Part shown: in pieces, positions 40,317 to 48,053 of the stretch
Numbering within the stretch: position 1 is the first letter of the stretch
How the letters are laid out: the number at the start of each line of letters is the position of its first letter
Origin: Nostoc sp. DedSLP01
GTDB lineage: Bacteria; Cyanobacteriota; Cyanobacteriia; Cyanobacteriales; Nostocaceae
Assembly (NCBI GenBank): GCA_034530875.2
Contig: JAVRCJ020000009.1
Span: 96,001 to 160,000 of the forward strand
Direction: 5' to 3'
Length of the DNA: 64,000 bases
Notes under the pieces: generated by a model
The model's input: only the letters and a program-made list of their open reading frames with translations
What the model was told of the DNA's origin: nothing
Database searches by the model: none
Made by a program: the position numbers and the translations under genes

Positions 40317-40951
40317 ATATTGAAGCTATCAAATTAGGAAAACTCAAACAACTTCCAGGGGCAAATTTAGAAGATGAGGAACTTTCTGGACTTGATTTAA
40401 ACCGAATTAATCTTGCTGGTGCTATCCTTGTCGGCACAAATTTCGAGGCTTCCAAACTCGAAGGTGGGCATTTAGAAGGAGCGAATTTAATGGGGGCAAA
40501 CCTGCAAGGAACCGACTTGCGGGCGAACCTCATGGGAGCAAATCTGATGCAAGCAGATTTAACTGGTGCTGATTTGCGGGGTAGCAATATGCGGGGTGCT
40601 AACTTGATGGGAGCTAGACTCAGTGATGTATCCTTAGCGGGTGCCTTCGTCAGTGGTGCCAACTTGATGAATGTCAACTTGCAAGGTGTAGATTTGCGTG
40701 GTGCTGACTTGCGCGGTGCAAACCTGACTGGGGCAAATCTCAAAGGCGCAGACTTGAGTCGTGCTGATTTGCAAGGGGCATTATTGAGTGAAGCAAACCT
40801 TGAAGAAGCTGACTTGCGTGGCGCTAATTTGGCAGGAGCGAATTTTACAGGGGCGAATTTGCTATGTGCAGAGTTAGAAGGCGCGAATTTAAGCGGTGTT
40901 AATTTGGATAAAGCGTGCGTGGTGGGTACGGTGGTTGAGACACGGGTGTAA
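40313..40951 (+). CDS. Pentapeptide repeat protein
   Basis: Long A(D/N)LxG repeat run; ATGA overlap with the upstream gene. Confidence 0.95.
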   Translation: MNIEAIKLGKLKQLPGANLEDEELSGLDLNRINLAGAILVGTNFEASKLEGGHLEGANLMGANLQGTDLRANLMGANLMQADLTGADLRGSNMRGANLMGARLSDVSLAGAFVSGANLMNVNLQGVDLRGADLRGANLTGANLKGADLSRADLQGALLSEANLEEADLRGANLAGANFTGANLLCAELEGANLSGVNLDKACVVGTVVETRV

Positions 40952-40987
40952 TAGCAATTTGAAAGAAGAATGCGACTAATAAAGTGG

Positions 40988-41019
40988 GTAGGGTAGTACA
41001 GCTAGCTGTGCTACCTTAC
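40988..41019. repeat. REP-like palindrome (copy 4)
   Basis: GTAGGGTAGTACAGCTAGCTGTGCTACCTTAC. Confidence 0.75.
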
Positions 41020-41088
41020 AAACGATTGATGTCTTGCAAAAATTATTAGAATTCGTATAGATATTCCACAAAAAAGGCAGTAGCTTTG

Positions 41089-41130
41089 GCTATTGTTAAA
41101 ATTTTCGCAGATGAGGCAGATAAAAATTTG
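41089..41130 (+). repeat. 42-bp direct repeat, copy A (promoter-like)
   Basis: GCTATTGTTAAAATTTTCGCAGATGAGGCAGATAAAAATTTG; 36/42 identical to 41704-41745; contains the extended -10 TGnTAAAAT. Confidence 0.8.
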
Positions 41131-41181
41131 CAAGCCTAACTGTACCTAGTACCATTCCCTGTTAAGTTAAGGAATCAAAGT

Positions 41182-41382
41182 ATGACCGACGAAAGCCAAT
41201 CAAACAACTCAGATGAAGAGGAGTTCGATCCGGTAACAGACCCAAGGGATTGGTCAGCAGCAGAAACAGAGTTAGCCTGTTTTGCGCTTGCTAGAAGCAA
41301 GGGTAAACGGTTGGTTAAAATCATCAATACCAAAAAGCCACCTATGCCGATTATTTGTATTTTTGAGGACTACCCAGAATGA
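41182..41382 (+). CDS. Small hypothetical protein
   Basis: RBS AAGGA, 66 aa, acidic N-terminus; ATGA overlap with the next ORF. Confidence 0.6.
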   Translation: MTDESQSNNSDEEEFDPVTDPRDWSAAETELACFALARSKGKRLVKIINTKKPPMPIICIFEDYPE

Positions 41383-41621
41383 CACCCATTGCGGCACAAG
41401 TCTCAATCTCCGAAATCATTCCCATGCTAGCTGCTATCGGAAATCGGCAATGGGAAAAATTCAAAGAACTCGAGGCAGATTTTGTATCCCAATATGGGAT
41501 AGAGGTTTGGCAAGAAGTTTTTAATTTTCGTCTCAAGCCAGCACTGGATAAAGATTCTGACAGATGGCTACTTATCCAGTGGTGTAGTGAGGGAATTATT
41601 TCAGTGAAAAATGTGGGGTAG
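41379..41621 (+). CDS. Small hypothetical protein
   Basis: 80 aa, helical and Trp-rich; translationally coupled to the upstream ORF. Confidence 0.65.
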   Translation: MTPIAAQVSISEIIPMLAAIGNRQWEKFKELEADFVSQYGIEVWQEVFNFRLKPALDKDSDRWLLIQWCSEGIISVKNVG

Positions 41622-41703
41622 GTACGACCCTGCAAAGTCAATCACGATTATTGTTTTGATTCCCATCCTAAGGTCAAGATTTTGTGCTTTCACACTATTC
41701 TTA

Positions 41704-41745
41704 GCTATTGTTAAAATTTTCCCAGAGGGCGCAGGTGAAAATTTG
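41704..41745 (+). repeat. 42-bp direct repeat, copy B (promoter/RBS of TA pair)
   Basis: GCTATTGTTAAAATTTTCCCAGAGGGCGCAGGTGAAAATTTG; the last G is the first base of the antitoxin GTG. Confidence 0.8.
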
Positions 41746-41978
41746 TGAGTTTAAAAGAAGTTATCAGACTAGCAAAGCAACTTTCGACCGTAGACAAGGT
41801 ACGTTTGATCCAGCAAATTGCTCCTGATATAGAACGCGAGTTAACAGATCAATCGTCTATTATTGCCCGCAAATCATTGTGGGGACTGTGTGCTGATTTG
41901 GGGGAAGCACCTTCAGCAGAGGAAATTGATGCAGCCCGTAGTCAAGAATGGGCTGGTTTTCCACGGGAGGATATTTAA
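41745..41978 (+). CDS. Putative antitoxin of a VapC pair
   Basis: 77 aa ending PSAEEIDAARSQEWAGFPREDI; TAATG overlap with the PIN gene. Confidence 0.78.
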   Translation: MSLKEVIRLAKQLSTVDKVRLIQQIAPDIERELTDQSSIIARKSLWGLCADLGEAPSAEEIDAARSQEWAGFPREDI

Positions 41979-42379
41979 TGTTGCGTGCTGTGGCTGACAC
42001 GCATACAGTCATCTGGTACATTTTTGGCGATTTGCGATTATCAACAACTGCCCAGAATACCATAGCCCAAATAGCATCTTCTGGAGATCAAGTTGCTTTC
42101 TCTTCAATTACCCTAGCCGAAATTGTATATTTGAGTGAGAAAGGGCGTATTTCTCCACTGACACTTGAACGGCTGCTTGCATCTGTTGATGCAACTGATG
42201 CTGTACTGGTTGAAGTTTCCTTTAATCGGCAGATAGCCGAAACCTTACCCTTAGTCAATCGCTCACAAGTACCAGATCTACCGGATCGCATTATTGCTGC
42301 TACAGCCTTACATCTTGGAGTACCAGTGATTAGTCGAGATCGCAAAATTCAACTATCTAATGTGAATACCATTTGGTGA
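41978..42379 (+). CDS. PIN-domain (VapC) toxin
   Basis: AVADTHTVIW, SITLAEI, DLPDRIIAATA, ISRDRKI. Confidence 0.92.
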   Translation: MLRAVADTHTVIWYIFGDLRLSTTAQNTIAQIASSGDQVAFSSITLAEIVYLSEKGRISPLTLERLLASVDATDAVLVEVSFNRQIAETLPLVNRSQVPDLPDRIIAATALHLGVPVISRDRKIQLSNVNTIW

Positions 42380-42446
42380 ATATAAACATTAATTTATGAT
42401 TAGAAATCATCTATAAAACTACTATTTGATGATTTTTGAGTAGATA

Positions 42447-42557
42447 TGTAGTGGACTGACACAGCTAATTTGGTGTATTAGCAAAAATCAAAAACGTTGC
42501 TTTCTATCAATACCTCAAAAATCTATTGCATCATTTTAGTCGTGTCAGTCCGCTACA
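42447..42557. mobile_element. MITE/REPIN-like element
   Basis: TIRs TGTAGTGGACTGACACAGCTAA / TTAGTCGTGTCAGTCCGCTACA (19/22) around an AT-rich core. Confidence 0.6.
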
Positions 42558-42612
42558 ATACTGTAGTTAAGACGAATTTATGAGGATCGAAAAAATTCCC
42601 AGATTTAGCTGA

Positions 42613-43530
42613 TTATCTTTCAAAACATCCTTTCTTAATTTTACTAAAGATAAAAGGTTGCTTTAAATACTCTCCTAACCTAGTTTTGCAAGCAGGTAGT
42701 CCTAATTTGGCGCGAAATTCTTCGTCATATACCGCTTCTTCCCAATTTTGTGCCAATTTAATTTGCTCGGTTGTCAGATTTTTAGCATCGCGAAAGTCTG
42801 TTCTATCTATGCTACTTTGAGTAAAGTCAACATTACGGAGGTTAGCACCTCTTAGATCATTTCCATCCAATTTTGCAGCATTTAATCTAGCACCACTTAG
42901 ATCGAGATTCCTTAAGTCTACATTGACGATTGATTCGCTGTGGCTTAAATCAGCATTTTGTAAGTTTGCCGAGTGAAGGTTAGCATTGCCGAAGCTGGCG
43001 TAAGATAAATTAGCATGATTTAGATTTGCTTGTGATAAATCTACTTTCGTAAAATACGTACCTTTGAAGTTAGCACTACTTAAATCCGCAGCATGGAGAT
43101 TACTATCAGAAATAAATAAGCCAGAGAGATTAGTACCAGAAAAGTTAACTGATTGTAAGTTAACTTTCTGTAACGAAACTTTATAGTCTACATTACAACT
43201 AAAATCAATATCACCCATTTCTGAGAATCCAGATTCTCCACGATCGTTTTCAGATTTATCAGTCCATCGCATCTGTGCTTAGCGTAGATCGGAACCTTGT
43301 AAATTTGCACCATCTAATTTAGCATCTGTCAGTTCAGCTTCTCTTAAATCTGCTCCAGCTAAATCAGCATTTGTTAAATCTGCGCCACCTAAGTCACACT
43401 TGGGACATTTTTTAGTTGTTAGTAACTGCTTTATATGATTGGGATTTGAAGTTCTTTTAGCCTCACAATCTGTACAACCAGAACCAAAAGTGAGTAATAA
43501 AACTGATACAATCAATATTTTGATTTTCAT
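42613..43530 (-). pseudogene. Pentapeptide-repeat lipoprotein interrupted by an in-frame TAA
   Basis: ORFs 43279-43530 and 42613-43272 share a frame (SDLR*AQMRW); lipobox-like LLTFGSGC at the N-terminus. Confidence 0.75.
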
Positions 43531-44363
43531 ATATTATGAAGCGATCGCCGAGATTGTTTCCACATCAACAACGCCAATACACTCATCAAAAATACTCCCA
43601 TCACTCCTTGTAAAGGATTATTATTCACACCAGTTACCCAATCAGGAACTTCACCAGAATATTTGACTAATTTCCCCACATTAATAATGTAGTAACCCCA
43701 GACTAAACCCCCATGCAAACCAATGGGAAAACCTAAACGTCCTCTATGCCAACGTTTTCCCCATACCTGCGTTAACCCCAGCAATACCAAAGCTGGAAAT
43801 TGCGGTAGTGTCTGAATAATTACTGCTAATGGTTTAATAAAATGCAATGTTGCAAATGCAATTGCATCTGTCCACAATGCTACACGCGGACTATAATCTC
43901 GTTGTAATTCATCTAGCAACCAACCTCGAAATAACAATTCTTCAGCAAAACCAACGCCCAAACTGACAATTAAACCCTCTAAAATAACTTTTAGCAAAAA
44001 AACTTTTGGTTGTTGCCACACCAACCAACCAAACAAACTTTCTACTCCAAAAAGTATGAGAATATTAATTATGCCTATAGCCAAGCCACGCATTAAATCC
44101 ACACCGTTTTGCCGTGTGAATTCTAAGCCATAATGCCGCAGAATTTGGGGCTGCTGGTAGACACGCTTACCCCATAGTCTTAAAAGAATAATAAATAATA
44201 CATATAACAATACCATTGTCAATATACTTACTAAATTTGAATTATTTACTAGTAAGTAAATTGGTGCAGCTAGGGGCAACCATAGCAACAATAAACTCAA
44301 AATAAAATAACCCAGCCTAATAGGGGCAGGGCGTTGGGCTAAACGGACAAGGTTTTTTTTCAT
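43527..44363 (-). CDS. CPBP (CAAX/Abi) intramembrane metalloprotease
   Basis: EELLFRG, FATLH, IGLHGG. Confidence 0.9.
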   Translation of the reverse strand: MKKNLVRLAQRPAPIRLGYFILSLLLLWLPLAAPIYLLVNNSNLVSILTMVLLYVLFIILLRLWGKRVYQQPQILRHYGLEFTRQNGVDLMRGLAIGIINILILFGVESLFGWLVWQQPKVFLLKVILEGLIVSLGVGFAEELLFRGWLLDELQRDYSPRVALWTDAIAFATLHFIKPLAVIIQTLPQFPALVLLGLTQVWGKRWHRGRLGFPIGLHGGLVWGYYIINVGKLVKYSGEVPDWVTGVNNNPLQGVMGVFLMSVLALLMWKQSRRSLHNI

Positions 44364-44403
44364 ACAAACTAAGTCAGCGATCGCAAATGACCAATGACTA
44401 TTG

Positions 44404-44429
44404 TAGAGACGCGATTAATCGCGTCTCTA
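44404..44429. repeat. Perfect 26-bp REP-like palindrome at the clpS stop
   Basis: TAGAGACGCGATTAATCGCGTCTCTA, preceded by G to give GTAG. Confidence 0.75.
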
Positions 44430-44708
44430 TTCATCAGGTTCAATCGTGCTACTTAAGCCGTGACTTTTCAATGTTTCGCAATAGAACTCAGCATGTTCCA
44501 GAGCGCAAGTAATCACTAAAGCCATTCCATTAGTATGGGCTTCCATCATGATACTAACAGCCTGGGGTTGGGTAAGGCTCGGTACAGTAGTTATTAGTAC
44601 CTGTACCACGTACTCCATAGGGTTGTAGTCGTCGTTATGAAGCAAAACGCGATACCGAGGCGCGAGCTTGCGGGATGTAGAACGCTGTTCAATGGTTTCA
44701 ACTGACAC
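44427..44708 (-). CDS. clpS: Clp protease adaptor ClpS
   Basis: YRVLLHNDDYNPMEYVV...MMEAHTNG. Confidence 0.95.
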   Translation of the reverse strand: MSVETIEQRSTSRKLAPRYRVLLHNDDYNPMEYVVQVLITTVPSLTQPQAVSIMMEAHTNGMALVITCALEHAEFYCETLKSHGLSSTIEPDE

Positions 44709-45006
44709 TGCTCTTTGCTCTTTGATCGTTAATTCACTACAACATAGTCTCTGTTAAGCGATCGCTTAACAGTTATTTACCTATTCTATAGTATTTCTGT
44801 TGAGATACTATGCCAGGAAAATCCTTTGGTACTGGCTATTAATTGTATTAATTTTGGCTAGGTAATGGTCAAGCATATCTCTAAGATATCGTTGCCGTAA
44901 GAGTGCTACCCTAATCTTACAGAAGCTTCTTTAAAAGCAGCGCCCTCTCATTTTTAAATTAAAAAAGTTAAAAAACAATTTTTATCGTCGCTTCCCAAAC
45001 TGATTA

Positions 45007-45375
45007 ATGATAGACATGAACTTAGATTTTCTTCAACCGGGACAAATAGTGTCTTTAAAGCATGGTGAGAGGAATCTATATGCAGAAGTCATTCAATTTG
45101 TAGTTTCCCGCCAGTTGTGCTGGGTGCGTCCTTTACTAATGGTAACCTTCATAGAAGAATCGCCCCTAGTTACCGATTTGCGAGATGCATCTGACTTGCT
45201 TTGGCCTGCCGATTTATTTCATCCAGCTTTAGACACAGAAGTAATCACCTTATTGAGCCAAGTTTTAGCAAAACAACCAAAAACAGAGCTTGACTCAGCC
45301 GCAAAACAGCAACTCAATCAGTTTATTCAGCAACTTTGGCAAGCATATCAAGAGGGATTGGGGATTGGTGATTAG
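45007..45375 (+). CDS. Conserved hypothetical protein
   Basis: PGQIVSL...LYAEVIQ...RQLCWVRPL...SDLLWP...PALDTEVI. Confidence 0.75.
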   Translation: MIDMNLDFLQPGQIVSLKHGERNLYAEVIQFVVSRQLCWVRPLLMVTFIEESPLVTDLRDASDLLWPADLFHPALDTEVITLLSQVLAKQPKTELDSAAKQQLNQFIQQLWQAYQEGLGIGD

Positions 45376-45483
45376 GGATTGGGCCAAACCCTTCGGGTAG
45401 GGAAAAGGGAAAAGGTGAAAGGGAAAAGGTAGGGTTTTCCGTTTCCCCTTGTTTCCTTGCCCTTTGCCCTCACCAGTCCCCAA

Positions 45484-46659
45484 TCACGCGTAACGAATTC
45501 CAGCATCTTTCATTCGTTGAATTCCTTCTCGCAATCGTTCATCAGAGATAGTTAAAGCAATGCGGAAAAAACCTTCGCCATATTTACCGTAACCACTGCC
45601 AGGTGCTACAACAATGCCACATTTGTCGAGTAACAAACTTACAAATTCTGCTGAGGAATATCCTTGAGGAACAGGCGTCCAAACGTAAAGGGTAGCTTGA
45701 GGAGGCTCAATTGGCCAGCCTAGAGATTGCAGTCCATCAATAATAGTGTCACGGCGTTTTTGGTAAACAGACATGATGGCTTGGAGTTGTGCTTCTGTGG
45801 TATTAGAATAAGCTGCGATCGCAGCTCGTTGAATTGCCTTAAACACCCCAGAATCTACATTAGTTTTTACCTGTGCCAAACCTTTAATGCCGATGGAATT
45901 ACCAACAACAAAACCCACTCGCCAACCCGTCATATTGTATGACTTAGATAGACTATGAAATTCGATCGCTATATCTTTTGCACCTGCAACTTGTAGCACG
46001 CTAGGCGATTTGTAGCCATCGTATGCCATTTCTGAATAAGCGTGATCGTGGCATAGCAAAATATCATACTGCTTACAAAAAGCTACCAATTCCTCAAAAA
46101 ATTCTAACGTTGCCAATGCCCCAGTTGGATTATTAGGATAATTAATCCACAACAGCTTTGCCTTGTAAGCTACTTCTTCAGGTATAGTACTCAAATCGGG
46201 CAAAAAACCGTCTTCTGCCTTCAGGGGCATACTAAAAAATTCGCCACCAGCAAAGATTGTCGAAGTCCGGTACACAGGATAACCAGGATCTGGTATTAAC
46301 GTATAGTCCCCTGCTTCTACAAATGCTAAGAAAGTATTATGAATTGCTTCTTTGGAACCAATTGAAGAAACAATTTCTGTATCTGGGTTCAACCCCATCA
46401 CCCCAAACCGGGTTTCCATCCATTTAGCCGCCGCCTCTCGGAACTCTTTCGTACCTTGGTAAGGCGGATAATTGTGCATTGAAGCATTATCAATCGCCTC
46501 ATGCATTACCTGGAGAATATGGGAAGGAGTTGGTTTATCTGGATCGCCAATAGCCATATTGATGATATCAACTCCCTTTGCAACGAGTTCATTCTGTTTT
46601 TTCGCAATTTCAGCAAACAGATAGGGAGGAATTTTTTCTAGGCGTTTAGCGAACTGCAT
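45484..46659 (-). CDS. dapL: LL-diaminopimelate aminotransferase (class I/II PLP aminotransferase)
   Basis: IPPYLFA, NYPNNPTG, EFHSLSKSYNMTGWRVG. Confidence 0.82.
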   Translation of the reverse strand: MQFAKRLEKIPPYLFAEIAKKQNELVAKGVDIINMAIGDPDKPTPSHILQVMHEAIDNASMHNYPPYQGTKEFREAAAKWMETRFGVMGLNPDTEIVSSIGSKEAIHNTFLAFVEAGDYTLIPDPGYPVYRTSTIFAGGEFFSMPLKAEDGFLPDLSTIPEEVAYKAKLLWINYPNNPTGALATLEFFEELVAFCKQYDILLCHDHAYSEMAYDGYKSPSVLQVAGAKDIAIEFHSLSKSYNMTGWRVGFVVGNSIGIKGLAQVKTNVDSGVFKAIQRAAIAAYSNTTEAQLQAIMSVYQKRRDTIIDGLQSLGWPIEPPQATLYVWTPVPQGYSSAEFVSLLLDKCGIVVAPGSGYGKYGEGFFRIALTISDERLREGIQRMKDAGIRYA

Positions 46660-46795
46660 GGCGATTTATGAGTAATGCACAATTTCAATGGTCATTAGCA
46701 CAGTTTACGCCACGTTAGGATTTAAATAATCAATACTTTTTTAAAGTTTGATTAATCTAAATCTTAATAAAATTAACTTACATATAGCTACGAAA

Positions 46796-47002
46796 TTAAT
46801 ATCCCAGACTAGAAACCAATTGTATTCGGCCAGCATCCATCTCTGCCATTAATAACTCTAAAGCTTCGTAGTCAACGTCAGAAATGTAACCAAGCTGTGT
46901 TAATTCTGAGTTAATTTCATTTTCTATCTCAGGAGTTAGTTTTTTAATATCAAGAGCTTTTTCTACCAATTTCCGAATAGCATAACTAGTTCTCATAATC
47001 AA
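46796..47002 (-). CDS. Small conserved hypothetical protein
   Basis: 68 aa; IRKLVEKAL...LTPEIE...DYEALELLM...GRI pattern seen in small cyanobacterial proteins. Confidence 0.7.
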   Translation of the reverse strand: MIMRTSYAIRKLVEKALDIKKLTPEIENEINSELTQLGYISDVDYEALELLMAEMDAGRIQLVSSLGY

Positions 47003-47074
47003 TAATCCAACTCTCTATGACATTAATTATTCCAGTAAATCTAAGTATAAAAAGCGATCTAACACTACTTTATT

Positions 47075-47090
47075 CGTGATATAGATCACA
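47075..47090. promoter_or_regulatory. CRP-type binding site
   Basis: CGTGA-tataga-TCACA, 9/10 match to TGTGA-N6-TCACA. Confidence 0.6.
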
Positions 47091-47464
47091 ATTTAAGTTA
47101 GTTAGATAAATAATTTGCTGTGAGTTTGCTCGATATCTTCAGTAACAGTAAGGTGCGAGATTTAACTTACTGTTAAGACTTGGCTAAATTAGCTTAAGTG
47201 ATAGACCAGGTAAGTTCCCTCAGGAAAGTTACGGATAATTTTTCTGCTTTACCTTTGTCTATGTTGATTGTTTTTGAACTGAGATAAAAAAAAAGTATAT
47301 GCAAGCACATTTTCAAGTGGAATTATAACAATCTTTAAACAGACATACTAAAGCAATAAAGATTCCGCAAAGAAACCTAAGACGTATGGTCGATGCAACA
47401 GAAAAAAGTTTATGTTCAAATAATTCTTACCTTGACGCTTCAACAACTCTTATAGGATGTAGGT

Positions 47465-47794
47465 ATGCAAGCAGTGCTTCAGTATCCCAAGATTGCACTT
47501 ATTCAACCCCAAGGCTGTTTGAATGCTGCAAACGCCTTGGAGTTTGAAAAAAATCTGATCGCAGAGCTAAAAAAAAATGATATCTCCGTCTTAGTAGTAG
47601 ATTTAGCAGCAGTAGACTCCTTAGACAGTGCAGGGTTGATGGCACTCTTATCTGCACACAAACTGGCTGTTAGTTTAGGACGGAGTTTCCAACTTTGCAG
47701 TGTTGCTCCGTCAATCAAAATTATTTTTGAACTGACGCAACTTGATAGAGTTTTTGAAATTTTAGAAAGTGAAGCTGACTTGTCTGCAACATAA
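47465..47794 (+). CDS. STAS-domain anti-sigma factor antagonist
   Basis: VVDLAAVDSLDSAGLMAL...IFELTQLDRVF. Confidence 0.92.
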   Translation: MQAVLQYPKIALIQPQGCLNAANALEFEKNLIAELKKNDISVLVVDLAAVDSLDSAGLMALLSAHKLAVSLGRSFQLCSVAPSIKIIFELTQLDRVFEILESEADLSAT

Positions 47795-48053
47795 ATTTAT
47801 ATATAGTAATCCGATGCGATCGCTGCATCAATCGTAGAAACAGGAAACCCAGAACAGGCAAAAAATGTACCTAGCTTTGCAACAATCAAGTAGGTGTCGT
47901 AGAGAAAGCTATGTAACACCAACAAAGTTTAGGTATAAAGCAAACTTATGTAAAGGAGTTATAAGTTGTAACGAAAAACTTTGTTGAAAAACCTAATTAA
48001 ATGCTAAGGTTAGGGCTGAGTAACTGTGATTAAGGTAGCTCGAAGATAGCATA

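Noticed and set aside
40297..40743. 148-aa antisense ORF with repeats
   Set aside because: Mirror of the pentapeptide repeat gene.
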